From: Rhodoferax sp.
GTDB taxonomy: Bacteria > Pseudomonadota > Gammaproteobacteria > Burkholderiales > Burkholderiaceae_C
NCBI GenBank assembly: GCA_016463455.1
Contig: JAEMRG010000001.1
Span: 1 to 36,429 of the forward strand
Length of the DNA stretch: 36,429 nucleotides
Direction of reading: 5' to 3'
In this document: positions 8,311 through 18,968 of the stretch, piece after piece
Layout of the letters: each line of letters begins with the position of its first letter
Numbering within the stretch: the stretch's first letter is position 1
Notes under the pieces: model-generated
What the model was told of the DNA's origin: nothing
The model's database searches: none
Seen by the model: the letters and a program-made list of their open reading frames with translations, nothing else
Position numbers and translations under genes: made by a program

Positions 8311-9252
8311 ATGTCATCCAGCCCTTTTCCTTCTCCCGCACGGGCTGCCAACGCGGTGTGCATGTTGTCCATGTTGGTTTGGGCAATGGGCCTGCCCGCT
8401 GCCAGTCTGTTACTGGGCACGGTACCGCCGCTGCCCTTGACAGCGGCGCGCATGCTGATGGCAGCCGCTTGTTTGCTGCCCTTTTGGTGGTTGATTGAAG
8501 GCACAGAGGCGCTGCGCAAGGCACCCTGGTGGAACGGGATTCGCGTGGGCGGCTCCACTATCGGGCTAGGCGCTTTTTTGATGGTGGTCGGCCAGGGTAT
8601 GACCGATGCCGTTACGGTGGCGATTATTTCGGCCTCTATGCCGGTGGTGGGCATCGCCATCGAAGTGCTGCTCGATGGCCGCAATCTCAGCCGTGGCTTG
8701 GTGATCGGCGTGGCGCTCAGTTTGCTTGGCGGTGTGATGGCGCTCGAGGGCGGTAATCAGCAACTCGCCTTGGGCTTGGGCGCCCTCATGAGTTTTGCCT
8801 CGGTGCTGGTCTATACCTTGGGCTCGCGCATGACGGTGACTTCCTTTCCCGACTTAAGCCCCCTAGGCCGCACCACGGTCACCTTGACGGGCGCGGCGGT
8901 GGTCACTACCGTCGCCGCCTGCATAGCCGCATTCGCCGGCGCGCCGGCGCCGCAATGGGCGGCGCTGGGTTGGCGTGAGCTCGGCGCCTTTGCTATTTTT
9001 GCCATTGGCGGACTGGCCATCAGCCAGGTGCTGTGGATACGCTCGGTAGGGCACTTGGGCATTGCCTTATCGTCCCTGCATATCAATGCGACACCGTTTT
9101 ATGTGATGCTGATTTTGTTTGCGCTGGGCGGCGCATGGAACTGGGCCCAGGCCGCTGCCGCGGTGGTTGTGGGTGTCGGGGTCTTGATCGCGCAGGGCGT
9201 CTTTTTCAAGGCGGCAAGTGAAGCGCCAAGCGAAGTACCTATTGAGCGCTGA
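8311..9252 (+). CDS. DMT/EamA family transporter
   Basis: About 10 hydrophobic helices in two EamA-like repeats (LTAARM..., IISASMPV, LHINATPF). Confidence 0.88.
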   Translation: MSSSPFPSPARAANAVCMLSMLVWAMGLPAASLLLGTVPPLPLTAARMLMAAACLLPFWWLIEGTEALRKAPWWNGIRVGGSTIGLGAFLMVVGQGMTDAVTVAIISASMPVVGIAIEVLLDGRNLSRGLVIGVALSLLGGVMALEGGNQQLALGLGALMSFASVLVYTLGSRMTVTSFPDLSPLGRTTVTLTGAAVVTTVAACIAAFAGAPAPQWAALGWRELGAFAIFAIGGLAISQVLWIRSVGHLGIALSSLHINATPFYVMLILFALGGAWNWAQAAAAVVVGVGVLIAQGVFFKAASEAPSEVPIER

Positions 9253-9291
9253 TTACTATTGACTATGGCGTGGCGCAGTAATAGAAAATTT

Positions 9292-12039
9292 TCACTGCGC
9301 GGCCGCTTTACCCGCTCCCGAAAAATCGCCGGCGTGTACCTGCACCAAGCGGCTCCAGTCCATGTACTTGCGTACCGCTGCATTCACTTCTTCGAGGCTG
9401 GCAGCTTCTATTTTGGCTAAACGCTGCGCGGTGTAGTCCATGGTGCGACCTGTAGTCAGTTGGCCTAGTAAGGTGCCGCTTAATGCGCCATCCTGCGCTA
9501 GTGAAATTTTGCTTGCTTCGAGCATCGATTTTTTTGCATCGGCCAACTCTTGTGCGCTTACCCCATCGCGTACGAGGCGCTCGGTTTCTTCGCGTATGGC
9601 GGTCTGCAAGCGTGCCAAGTTTTGCGGCGCATGAATGGCTACCAGTATCAAATCGGCCACCGGCTCAAAACTGCTGGCCGATAACTGGCTACCGGCGGAA
9701 TAGCTAATGCCTTCTTTTTGCCGCAGACGCTCTTCTAAGCGGTTGTTGGAGCCGCCCCCTAGCACGCGGTTGCCCAGCGCTAAAGCAATGAAGTCGGGGG
9801 CATCGTCGCGCAGGCTCAGCGGCAGGGCCGCTAAATACATGGCATTGGGTTTGTCCGGTGTCGCCAGCATCGTGCGCGCAGGGTTGGCGCTATAGGCGTT
9901 TTTGGTCAGGCGCGTATAGGGCTTGCCGCTGCGCCAGTCGCCCCACAGGGCTTGGCTTTGGGTTTGCACTGCAGCGGCATCGAAGTCGCCCACCATGGCC
10001 AGCTTGGCGTTACTGGCGCCGTAAAAAGCTTGGTAAAAACCCTTTACGTCCTGCACACTGGCAGCGCGCAAATTGGCCAAAATTTCATCAAAGTCCAAGA
10101 CCTTGCGCACATCGCCCGCGGGGTAGTTATCCAGCGACTTGCGCAGGGCTTGCGAGGCCATGGCCTGCGGGTCGCTGCGTTGCGACTCAATCTGGGTAAT
10201 GCGCTCTTTGCGCAGCAGTTCAAACTCGGCAGGCAGCAGCATGGGCGCGCGCGCAATATCGCGCACAAGGTCCAGCACCTGCGGTAGGTGCTGGCGCACC
10301 GTCTCAAAACTGATGTTCACGTTGGCACCGCCGCCGTCCACGCTGATCTTGGCTTTGAGTTCATCTAAGCGACTACTCAATGCCGCGCGGCTCAGCGTAC
10401 CGGCGCCGCGCATCAGCATGCGCGCTGTCAGCGCAGATACCGTGGCCTGGCCTTGCAGCGACTGGGCATCACCAAAGTCCAGTTGCAATTGGCCGCTCAC
10501 GGTTTGACCACGGGTTTTTTTACTCAAAAGCGCCAGCTGCATGCCGCCGGGCAGCGTGCTGCGTAGCGTGCGTTTGCCGATATGGGCGGGGCTGGCGTCA
10601 AAATTTTCGCCCCCGTCCACTGCCGCGCGGCCCTGGTACTTGGCTAGCAGCGCCGTTATATCCACCGGCTCGGGTAGGACGCTGCGCTCGGGGGCTGCTG
10701 TAGGGATGAATTGGCCGAAGGTGCGGTTGCTTTCTTTGAAATAGTTTTCCGCCACTGCTTGCACTTGCTGCACGGTCAGCGCCTCCAGGCGGTCGCGCTC
10801 CAAAAAGAACAAACGCCAGTCGCCATGCGCAATACTTTCGGACAGCTGCATCGCCAGGCGCTGCGGGTCGTTCATGGTGTCGTCAAAGCCGACCATCAGG
10901 CTGGTTTTGGCGCGCTGCAACTCCTGCTGTGTCACCGGCTGGGATTTGATATTTTCCAAAGCCACTTGCATTGCAGTGCGCAAGTCGGGGATGGATTGGT
11001 CTTTGCCCAGCTCGGCCATGAAAAGAATGTAGCCAGGTTCGGTCAGTGAAAAATTCCAAGGCGCAATCGACACGGCTTTGTTTTTCTCTACCAATTCTTT
11101 GTGCAAGCGCCCATTGGGCGTGTCGGCCAATATCTCGGACAGCGCTTGCATGGCCACCGCATCCGGGTGGCTGGCCGCTGCGGTGTGGTACATCACGCCG
11201 GCCAGTTGCGTATCGCCTGTGCGCTTGACGCTGACTTCGCGCGCGCCTTGTTGCACCGGGTCGCGGGTGTAGGTGATGGGCAGGCTACGTGTCGGTTTGG
11301 CGATGGCGCCGAAATAGCGCTCCACCAGCGCCAGGGTTTTGGCCATATCCAGCTTGCCGGTAATGATCAGCACTGCATTGTCCGGCTGGTAATACTGGCG
11401 GTAAAAGGCTTGCAAGTTTTCAATGCGTACGTTTTCGACATCGCTGCGCGCACCGATGGTGGACTTGCCGTAGTTGTGCCAGTCATAAGCCGTGGCCGCC
11501 ATGTATTTCCAAAGTGTGCGCCGGGGGTTGTTCTCGCCCATTTCCATTTCATTGCGCACCACGGAAAACTCGGTCTCCAGATCTTTGCGCGCAATAAAGC
11601 TATTGACCATGCGGTCCGCTTCCATCTCCAGCGCCCACTGCAAGTTGTCGTCGTTAGCGGCAAAGGTTTCGAAGTAATTGGTGCGGTCGTAGGAGGTAGT
11701 ACCGTTAAAGCGCATGCCGCGTTTGCCCAGTTCTTGCATGACATTGCCCCGCGAGGGCGTGCCCTTAAACACCAGATGCTCCAGCAAATGCGCCATGCCG
11801 GTTTCACCATAGTTTTCATGCCGGCTGCCCACTAGATAGGTGATGTTCACCGTGGTGGTTGGCTTGGAGGCATCGGGGGCGAGCAGGACCCGTAACCCAT
11901 TGCTTAGTCGGTATTCGCTCACGCCTTCGACCTGGGCGTACAAGCTACTGGCCGTGCTAGCCTGGGCGCTAAAGGATGCAAATAGCCCATTTGCGGCGAT
12001 GACCAAGGCTAGGGTGAAGGCATTGCCGGGGATACGCAT
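9292..12039 (-). CDS. Secreted M16 zinc protease (pitrilysin/PqqL-like, four-domain), paralog 1
   Basis: Inverted zinc motif HLLEH, NGTT..DRTNYFE, VVRNEME, LRQKEGISY. Signal peptide ending AQA. ATG 12039 has a GGAG RBS. Confidence 0.93.
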   Translation of the reverse strand: MRIPGNAFTLALVIAANGLFASFSAQASTASSLYAQVEGVSEYRLSNGLRVLLAPDASKPTTTVNITYLVGSRHENYGETGMAHLLEHLVFKGTPSRGNVMQELGKRGMRFNGTTSYDRTNYFETFAANDDNLQWALEMEADRMVNSFIARKDLETEFSVVRNEMEMGENNPRRTLWKYMAATAYDWHNYGKSTIGARSDVENVRIENLQAFYRQYYQPDNAVLIITGKLDMAKTLALVERYFGAIAKPTRSLPITYTRDPVQQGAREVSVKRTGDTQLAGVMYHTAAASHPDAVAMQALSEILADTPNGRLHKELVEKNKAVSIAPWNFSLTEPGYILFMAELGKDQSIPDLRTAMQVALENIKSQPVTQQELQRAKTSLMVGFDDTMNDPQRLAMQLSESIAHGDWRLFFLERDRLEALTVQQVQAVAENYFKESNRTFGQFIPTAAPERSVLPEPVDITALLAKYQGRAAVDGGENFDASPAHIGKRTLRSTLPGGMQLALLSKKTRGQTVSGQLQLDFGDAQSLQGQATVSALTARMLMRGAGTLSRAALSSRLDELKAKISVDGGGANVNISFETVRQHLPQVLDLVRDIARAPMLLPAEFELLRKERITQIESQRSDPQAMASQALRKSLDNYPAGDVRKVLDFDEILANLRAASVQDVKGFYQAFYGASNAKLAMVGDFDAAAVQTQSQALWGDWRSGKPYTRLTKNAYSANPARTMLATPDKPNAMYLAALPLSLRDDAPDFIALALGNRVLGGGSNNRLEERLRQKEGISYSAGSQLSASSFEPVADLILVAIHAPQNLARLQTAIREETERLVRDGVSAQELADAKKSMLEASKISLAQDGALSGTLLGQLTTGRTMDYTAQRLAKIEAASLEEVNAAVRKYMDWSRLVQVHAGDFSGAGKAAAQ

Positions 12040-12160
12040 GGGGGCTCCTGTTGCGGCGCGGGACTGCACCATAAAGATAATTTTGGCATACATGTCAGGG
12101 CTCTCTGGCCCTTCCAGACGCTATCCCATAGTGGGCGTTTAGCCGCGGGCGCCTCTACCC

Positions 12161-12166
12161 TAGAAT
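12161..12166 (+). promoter_or_regulatory. Putative -10 box for the RND/ABC/peptidase operon in a divergent intergenic region
   Basis: TAGAAT about 100 nt upstream of ATG 12262; the same hexamer precedes two other + strand units in the window. Confidence 0.3.
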
Positions 12167-12261
12167 CCGCCAAGCTTTGAAATAGGGCTTCCAAGTGAAG
12201 TGTCGGGCTACCGCCCCCACCATTAATCGCTGAAGTTTTCCCCTTGAGTTAGCACCAAATT

Positions 12262-13395
12262 ATGAAACGACTCCTCCTCCTTTTGTGCATCGTTTCCGTC
12301 TTGGCTGCCTGCAAAAAGTCGCCTGAATCGCCTGGAGCTGTCGGCGTACCTGCAGCGCCCTTGCTGATTGCGTCTGAAGACCTGTTTATCGTATCGGACG
12401 GGGCCACTGGCGGCGGCTCGGCGATTTCGGGCACGATCACCGCTGAGCGCAAGGCGGACCTGCGCGCCGAGGTCTCGGCGGTGGTGCTCGAGGTGCTCAA
12501 AGACAACGGCGATGTGGTACGCCGGGGTGATTTGTTGGTTCGTCTTGACGAAACAGCCATTCGCGACAACCTCAATGCCGCCGAAGACAGCGCCCGTAAT
12601 GCGGGCTTTCAGTGGGAGCAGGCCAAACGTAACCTGGAGCGCCTGAAAACCCTGCGCGCCAGCGGCATGGCGACCCTGCAATCCATCGATGACGCCGAAA
12701 TCCGCGCTAACTCCGCACAAAACGAGGTATCTGGCGCCAACTCGCGCGTTGCGCTGGCGCGTCAACAGCTCCAGCGCACCCAGGTGCGTGCGCCATTTGA
12801 TGGAGTGATCGGCGAGCGCAAGGCCTCCCCTGGTGATACCGCCTCGATTGGTAAAGAACTGCTCAAAGTCATCGATCCCACCAGCCTGCGCTTGGTAGGC
12901 CGCGTCTCGGCTGATCAGGCCGGACGCGTGAAGCTAGGCCAAGCGGTGCGCTTTCGCGTCAATGGCTATGGCGATGAGAGCTTCGAAGGCAAAGTCACCC
13001 GCATTGATCCCTCGGCCAATGAGGCTACACGCCAACTTGAAGTGCTGGTGGCCTTTACCGGTTCGGCACGCCCACGCGTGGCCGGCCTGTTTGCCGAAGG
13101 TCAAATCAGCAGCGGCGCCAGTGCCCCAAATGGTCCGGTGGTTGATGAATCGGCGGTGCAGCGCCTGGGTGATGCCAGTTTTGTCTGGCGGCTCGAAGCC
13201 AGCGCGGTGCGTAGAGTAGCGGTCACTCTGGGCGCCCGTGATGCCCGCAGCGGCCGGTATGCGGTACAGGCCGGCGTTCAAACCGGCGATCGACTGCTGC
13301 GTAATCCGGGAAGCGGCCTCAAAGACGGTCAGACCATTAGTATGGTGACGGCACCTGTGCAAGCCAAGGCCAGCGCGGCGGCATCGGGGCAATAG
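12262..13395 (+). CDS. RND efflux periplasmic adaptor (membrane fusion protein), lipoprotein
   Basis: Lipobox LAAC (Cys17), lipoyl-like GDVVRRGDLLVRLD, helical hairpin, VRAPFDGVI. Adjacent to RND permease. Confidence 0.93.
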   Translation: MKRLLLLLCIVSVLAACKKSPESPGAVGVPAAPLLIASEDLFIVSDGATGGGSAISGTITAERKADLRAEVSAVVLEVLKDNGDVVRRGDLLVRLDETAIRDNLNAAEDSARNAGFQWEQAKRNLERLKTLRASGMATLQSIDDAEIRANSAQNEVSGANSRVALARQQLQRTQVRAPFDGVIGERKASPGDTASIGKELLKVIDPTSLRLVGRVSADQAGRVKLGQAVRFRVNGYGDESFEGKVTRIDPSANEATRQLEVLVAFTGSARPRVAGLFAEGQISSGASAPNGPVVDESAVQRLGDASFVWRLEASAVRRVAVTLGARDARSGRYAVQAGVQTGDRLLRNPGSGLKDGQTISMVTAPVQAKASAAASGQ

Positions 13396-13397
13396 AC

Positions 13398-16300
13398 ATG
13401 TTTTTATCGGATTTCAGCATCCGGCGCCCGATTGCAACCGTGGTGCTCATCCTGGGGGTGATGGCCCTGGGCCTGATGGCGCTCAATAAATTGCGCGTCA
13501 ACCAGTTCCCCGATATCGAAAATCCTGGTCTATTTATTACCATCGCCTATCCGGGTGCCTCGCCCGACACGGTGGAGCGTGAAGTCGTTAACCGTTTGGA
13601 AAAGTCACTCCAAAGCGTGGCAGGTGTGGAAAAAGTCTCGTCCACAAGCGCGGAAGGCAATGCCCGCTTTGATATGCAGTTTGCTTTTAGCAAAAACATG
13701 ATCGAAGCGGCCGACGAGGTGCGCGGTGTGATTGCCTCGGTGCGCTATAAGCTACCCATTGAGATGCGCGAGCCGGTGATCCGCCGCTTTGACCCGTCTG
13801 CCCAGCCCATCATCAACCTGGCCTTGTCTAGCAGCAGCCAAAGTCATGCCCAAATATCGCGCCTCGCAGAAGACGTGCTAGCCGACAAGCTGCGCGGCCT
13901 GCCCGGCGTGGCAACCGTGACGGTTTCAGGCGCGCTCAAGCGCGAACTTTCGGTCTTGCTGCGTTCGGCCAAGCTGCGCGAATACAACGTATCGGTGGGT
14001 GAGGTGGTCAATGCCATCCGAGCACAAAACGCCAATGCCCCGGTGGGCAAACTGCGCGGCCCCTATGAAAGCGAAAGTATTCGCCTGGTTGGCCGCATTG
14101 CCGAACCGCAAGACTTCACGCAAATTGTGGTCAAGCGCATGGGTGCGCAGTTGGTGCGACTGGGCCAATTGGGCACGGTGCAAGACGGCTTTGCCGAACT
14201 CGACGGCCTGAGCACTCGCAGCGGTAAGCCCAACGTGGGCGTATTCGTAACGCGGGCGCGCGATGCCAGCACCGTGTCGGTAGCCAAGTCCGTGCGCGAG
14301 GCCACCAAAGAATTCAACGCGCAACTGGCCAAGGACAACCCCGGCACCGTGCTGGAGATTACCCGAGATGGCGGCAAAGACGCGCAAAACAGCCTTAACA
14401 ACGTGATCGAATCGCTGGTGCTCGGAGCTGGGCTGACGATCGTGGTGGTTTACGCTTTTCTGAACTCCTGGCGCTCCACCTTGATTACCGGATTGAGCTT
14501 GCCTACCTCGGTCATTGCCGCGTTTATCGGTGTCTGGTTGTGCGGTTTTACGCTCAATTTCATGTCTTTACTTGGTTTGTCGCTGGCTATTGGCGTGCTT
14601 ATTGACGATGCCATTGTGGTGCGCGAGAACATTGTGCGCCACATGCAGCGCGGCTCGGATAGGCGCACCGCCGCTTTGGAAGGCACCGCCGAAATTGGGC
14701 TTGCGGTGACAGCAACCACCCTGTCCATCGTTGCCGTGTTTCTGCCCGTGGCCTTCATGCCCGGTGGGGCCGGCGAGTGGTTTCGCCCTTTCGCCTTGAC
14801 CGTAGCTTGCTCGGTCATGGTCAGTCTGGTCATTTCATTTACCTTGGACCCCATGCTGTCTGCCTATTGGGGCGATCCGCCAGATCACCACAGTGCACCA
14901 AAAGGCCCGGTGGGGCGCAGACTGGAAGTCTTCAATGCTTGGTTTGACCGACAGTCGGATCGCTATGCCGGCGTGATCGCCTGGGCGCTGCACCACCGGC
15001 GCGCTATGGGGCTGATCGCCCTGAGTTCATTGCTTGCCGCCATTGCGCTGCATATGCGCTTTGGTGGCTCGGCCTTTTTGCCTGCAGCCGATTCGGGCAA
15101 TCTGATGATTGATGTTCGCACGCCCGCTTCTTCCTCACTCGAGTACGCGCGCCTCAAGATGGAGAGGGCCGCCGAAATTGCCCGTACTCTGCCCGAGGCC
15201 CGCGAGACCAATAGCAATATCGGCCCCAACGGCGGGCGTATTTACGTGGACATCGGCCCGCGCAAAGACCGCCGCCGAAACGCCAAAGAAGTGGCGATGG
15301 AACTGCGCGAGAAAATCCGACCGCTCATTGGCGCTGAATTCACCGTGTTTGACGACCTGGGCAATGGTGCGCGCAAGCCGGTACAAATCGAGTTCACCGG
15401 GCCGGACTCCCGCCGCTTATTGGAGATTACAAACCGATTTATGGAAAAACTCCGTCTGGTACCTGGTGCCGTAGACGTTGGCCTGTCCGAGCAAGACCCG
15501 AGCAAAGAATTGCGCATAGAGCTCAACCGGGGCTTGGCCAACTCCATGGGCATATCGGCCAATGATGCGGCCCAAGCCCTGCGCGTCGCGTTTGCGGGCG
15601 TGGAGGTGGGTGACTGGGTGGATCCGACGGGCGAGACGCGTGACGTGGCCGTGCGCCTGCATCCCAGCGACCGACTGTCGCGAGAAAACATTGAGCGCTT
15701 GCCCATTGCGATCGCTGGCACAGGAGAGATGGTGCCGCTGGAACAAATTGCCACTATCACTATGGGCAAGGCACCTTCAACGATTTCGCACAGTGATGGC
15801 AAGCGCGTAGTGACGGTAGCGGCCAATGTTCAGGGCCGCTCCAACGGCGAAGTGACCGCTGATGCGCTGAAACTGGCACAGGCCATGGACTATCCGCCGG
15901 GCTATGGCTTGGAACTGGCCGGTGCCGGGCAAGACCAAAAAGAACTGTTCACCGAAATGCTGATTGCCCTGGTCAGTGGCATCGGGCTGATGTACCTGAT
16001 TTTGGTCGTCCAATTTAGTTCTTTCACCGCGCCCTTGGGTGTGATGTTGTCTTTGCCCTTGTCGCTCATTGGCGTTGTCATTGCTTTGTTGCTGACGGGT
16101 GGCACCCTCAATCTCATGAGCTTCATCGGCATCATCATGCTAATGGGTCTGGTGGCAAAAAATGCGATTTTGTTACTCGATGCGGCGCGCAAAGAAGAGG
16201 CGGGTGGCGTCAATCGTGAGGACGCTTTAATGCATGCGGGCCGAGTACGCCTGCGTCCGATTTTGATGACCACTTTTGCGCTGATCGCAGGCATGATGCC

Positions 16301-16601
16301 GGTGGCGCTGGGGCTGGGTGAGGGGGGCGAGTTTTACCAGCCGCTGGCCGTGTCCATCATCGGTGGAACGATTACTTCAACCCTTCTCACTTTGCTCGTA
16401 GTGCCAAGTTTTTACGACAGCATTGAAAGTGCCAGCGAACGTATGCGTGCCAAGATCCGGACGCGCAGCCTGCGCTACCCTGCGGCCCTGTCACTGCTAG
16501 TGACCTTGTTTGAGGCACTGGCTACTTTGCTGCTGCTGCGCTTTTTGTGGCGCAATGTGGTTGCAGGTTCTTTGTGGATGCGCCGGCGGACCAGTAGCTG
16601 A
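13398..16601 (+). CDS. RND efflux permease (AcrB/AcrD/AcrF family)
   Basis: 1067 aa; SIRRP start, proton-relay motifs IDDAIVVREN, KNAILL, RLRPILMTT. Confidence 0.95.
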   Translation: MFLSDFSIRRPIATVVLILGVMALGLMALNKLRVNQFPDIENPGLFITIAYPGASPDTVEREVVNRLEKSLQSVAGVEKVSSTSAEGNARFDMQFAFSKNMIEAADEVRGVIASVRYKLPIEMREPVIRRFDPSAQPIINLALSSSSQSHAQISRLAEDVLADKLRGLPGVATVTVSGALKRELSVLLRSAKLREYNVSVGEVVNAIRAQNANAPVGKLRGPYESESIRLVGRIAEPQDFTQIVVKRMGAQLVRLGQLGTVQDGFAELDGLSTRSGKPNVGVFVTRARDASTVSVAKSVREATKEFNAQLAKDNPGTVLEITRDGGKDAQNSLNNVIESLVLGAGLTIVVVYAFLNSWRSTLITGLSLPTSVIAAFIGVWLCGFTLNFMSLLGLSLAIGVLIDDAIVVRENIVRHMQRGSDRRTAALEGTAEIGLAVTATTLSIVAVFLPVAFMPGGAGEWFRPFALTVACSVMVSLVISFTLDPMLSAYWGDPPDHHSAPKGPVGRRLEVFNAWFDRQSDRYAGVIAWALHHRRAMGLIALSSLLAAIALHMRFGGSAFLPAADSGNLMIDVRTPASSSLEYARLKMERAAEIARTLPEARETNSNIGPNGGRIYVDIGPRKDRRRNAKEVAMELREKIRPLIGAEFTVFDDLGNGARKPVQIEFTGPDSRRLLEITNRFMEKLRLVPGAVDVGLSEQDPSKELRIELNRGLANSMGISANDAAQALRVAFAGVEVGDWVDPTGETRDVAVRLHPSDRLSRENIERLPIAIAGTGEMVPLEQIATITMGKAPSTISHSDGKRVVTVAANVQGRSNGEVTADALKLAQAMDYPPGYGLELAGAGQDQKELFTEMLIALVSGIGLMYLILVVQFSSFTAPLGVMLSLPLSLIGVVIALLLTGGTLNLMSFIGIIMLMGLVAKNAILLLDAARKEEAGGVNREDALMHAGRVRLRPILMTTFALIAGMMPVALGLGEGGEFYQPLAVSIIGGTITSTLLTLLVVPSFYDSIESASERMRAKIRTRSLRYPAALSLLVTLFEALATLLLLRFLWRNVVAGSLWMRRRTSS

Positions 16602-16659
16602 GCGCGTTTCAAAAGTTTTCAGCAAGATCGCAAACTGAATTGAGAAGTCTGAACTTGCC

Positions 16660-18162
16660 ATGTCGCCGCTCGCTGTGTTTTGCAACCGCACTCTTTGTTG
16701 GCCTTGGCTTGCATGGATGCTTCTGGCTTTGCCTGCGCTTAGCGGCGCCTCAGAGGCGCCGGTAGCAGACCCAACCGTCGCCTGCCGCGTTGCGGGTCTC
16801 AAAACCGAGGCGCGCTGTGGGCATATAGCGCGCGCGCTCAATCCGGCGCGCGCCGGCGGGGCGCAAATCAATGTGCACTTTGTGGTCCTGCGCTCAGTGT
16901 CGCGCAACCGCAAGCCAGACCCGGTCTTTCTGCTCGCTGGCGGTCCTGGCCAAAGTGCGATTAACTTGGCCTCCGCCGTTTTTCCCTTGTTCGAACGTTT
17001 GCTTTTGCAACGCGACCTGGTGTTGGTGGACCAGCGCGGCACCGGCCAGTCGGCGCCGTTAATGTGCCCGAACGCGCCCGTGGCCCTCTTTCCCTCGGCG
17101 AACGCGCAAGCCCAGGAACTGGCCCGATGCCGCGCCGCGCTGGAGCGTCTGCCCTACATCGCGGCGCCCGCCGACCTAGGTTTGTTCACTACGACCCTAG
17201 CCATGCAAGACCTGGACGCGGTACGCCAAGCGCTGGGAGCAGAGCAGATCAATCTGGTCGGCGCTTCTTACGGTACCCGCGCTGCCTTGGAATACATGCG
17301 CCAGTTTGGCGCCCATGTGCGGCGTAGCGTGCTGGACGGCGTGGCCCCGCCTGACATGGTGTTGCCCACCACCATCGGCCCAGATAGTCAGGCCGCTCTC
17401 GATGCCCTGTGGGCCAGTTGCACTGCACAAAGTCATTGTCAAAAAGCCTTTCCCACGCTGTCAGCCGACTGGCAGGCACTTTGGAAGATAGTGCCCAAGG
17501 CTGTGACGCTGGCGCACCCCATGACCGGCCAAGCGACCACGGTGCGCGTGACGCCTGAGGCGGTCATGGGCGCTGTTGGCGGCGCGCTGTACACGCCGGC
17601 TTTGGCGGCCACATTACCCCAGGCCGTGCATGACGCGGCGCGTGGACATTTTGAAGGTTTGGCTGGGCTGGCGAGCGCTGTGCAACATGGAGCACCCTCC
17701 ATGCGGCTTGCCATGGGCATGCACCTGGGCGTGGTCTGCGCCGAAGACTACCCCCTTATGCCCGCGGTGGCAACCGTCAGCGCACCCCATACCGACTCGC
17801 AAGCACACTATCGCGCAGCTTGCCGCGACTGGCCACAAGGCGCAGTACCGGCGGATTTCTACCAAATCCCTGCCACGCAGCACGCCAGCTTGTTGCTCAG
17901 TGGCGGTCTCGATCCGGTCACACCACCACGCCATGCGCAGCGGGTGCAGCAGGCGCTTGGTCCCTTGGCACGCCATGTGGTCGTGCCGCAGGCGGGGCAT
18001 GGCGTCTTGTCCCATGCCTGCATGCGCAAGGTGTTGACGGCCTTTATCCAAGCATCCGACAACGACAAGGCACTGGCGATCGATGCCAGTTGCGCCCAAT
18101 CGATCCCGCGACCGCTTGCTTTTGTGCGGCCCGTCGAACCCACTTTTGGTAGCGCACCATGA
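16660..18162 (+). CDS. Secreted alpha/beta hydrolase, TAP-like (S33 tripeptidyl/prolyl aminopeptidase-like)
   Basis: AGGPGQS, DQRGTG, nucleophile GASYG, LDPVTP (Asp), GHG (His), several Cys, N-terminal signal. Stop overlaps next ATG (ATGA). Confidence 0.88.
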   Translation: MSPLAVFCNRTLCWPWLAWMLLALPALSGASEAPVADPTVACRVAGLKTEARCGHIARALNPARAGGAQINVHFVVLRSVSRNRKPDPVFLLAGGPGQSAINLASAVFPLFERLLLQRDLVLVDQRGTGQSAPLMCPNAPVALFPSANAQAQELARCRAALERLPYIAAPADLGLFTTTLAMQDLDAVRQALGAEQINLVGASYGTRAALEYMRQFGAHVRRSVLDGVAPPDMVLPTTIGPDSQAALDALWASCTAQSHCQKAFPTLSADWQALWKIVPKAVTLAHPMTGQATTVRVTPEAVMGAVGGALYTPALAATLPQAVHDAARGHFEGLAGLASAVQHGAPSMRLAMGMHLGVVCAEDYPLMPAVATVSAPHTDSQAHYRAACRDWPQGAVPADFYQIPATQHASLLLSGGLDPVTPPRHAQRVQQALGPLARHVVVPQAGHGVLSHACMRKVLTAFIQASDNDKALAIDASCAQSIPRPLAFVRPVEPTFGSAP

Positions 18163-18968
18163 TCCTGATCGACCACGTCGCCAAGCGTTTTGCAGCGCCT
18201 GCTGCGGGCGCGGGCTGGCAGCGCAAAGGCTGGCGGATTGCGCGCACACCGCAGGCGTGGGTGCAGGCGGTTAGCGACATCAGTCTGCACGCCCCGAATG
18301 GCCAGATTACCGGTTTGCTCGGGCCCAATGGCGCAGGTAAAACCAGTACCTTGCGTATGCTGGCCGGCTTGCTAATCCCTGACAGCGGGCGCTTGGAGGT
18401 AGATGGCCTGTCGGTCACGCAGCAGCGCGCCAAGGCGCAGGCGCGCATGGGTATCCTGGCCGATGCGCGTGGGCTGTACCCGCGTCTGACGGCGCGGGAA
18501 AACATGGTGTACTTTGGTCGACTCCAAGGATTGTCGGACCGGGCCGCCCAGGCCCGCGCCGAGCAACTGGGCGATCTGCTGGACTTGCGTTCTTTGTTGG
18601 ACCGCCCTACCGAGGGTTTTAGCCAGGGCGAGCGCGTCAAAACCGCATTGGCCCGCGCGCTGGTGCACGACCCGGACAACATCATTCTCGATGAGCCCAC
18701 CAATGGGCTGGATGTGCTGGCTACGCGAGCGCTGCGCGAGACACTTCGGTATTTATGCTCGCCAGCGGGCGGGAGTAAATGCATTGTGTTTTCCACCCAC
18801 ATCATGCAAGAGGTCGAGCGTCTGTGTGATCAGGTCGTCGTGGTGGCCCGGGGGCGCAATATTGCGCACGGCAGCGTTGCTGATTTGCTGGCGCAGACGG
18901 GGCAAACAGATTTTGAAGACGCCTTTGTGAAGCTGGCTTTCACGGCAGACCCGGAGCTAGCGGTATGA
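18159..18968 (+). CDS. ABC transporter ATP-binding protein, NatA-like
   Basis: Walker A GPNGAGKT, signature variant FSQGE, Walker B IILDEPTNGLD, H-loop FSTH. Confidence 0.92.
   Translation: MILIDHVAKRFAAPAAGAGWQRKGWRIARTPQAWVQAVSDISLHAPNGQITGLLGPNGAGKTSTLRMLAGLLIPDSGRLEVDGLSVTQQRAKAQARMGILADARGLYPRLTARENMVYFGRLQGLSDRAAQARAEQLGDLLDLRSLLDRPTEGFSQGERVKTALARALVHDPDNIILDEPTNGLDVLATRALRETLRYLCSPAGGSKCIVFSTHIMQEVERLCDQVVVVARGRNIAHGSVADLLAQTGQTDFEDAFVKLAFTADPELAV

Noticed and set aside
9253-9291. Possible bidirectional terminator between the DMT and M16 genes
   Set aside because: Only a weak AT-rich bulged stem; not convincing.
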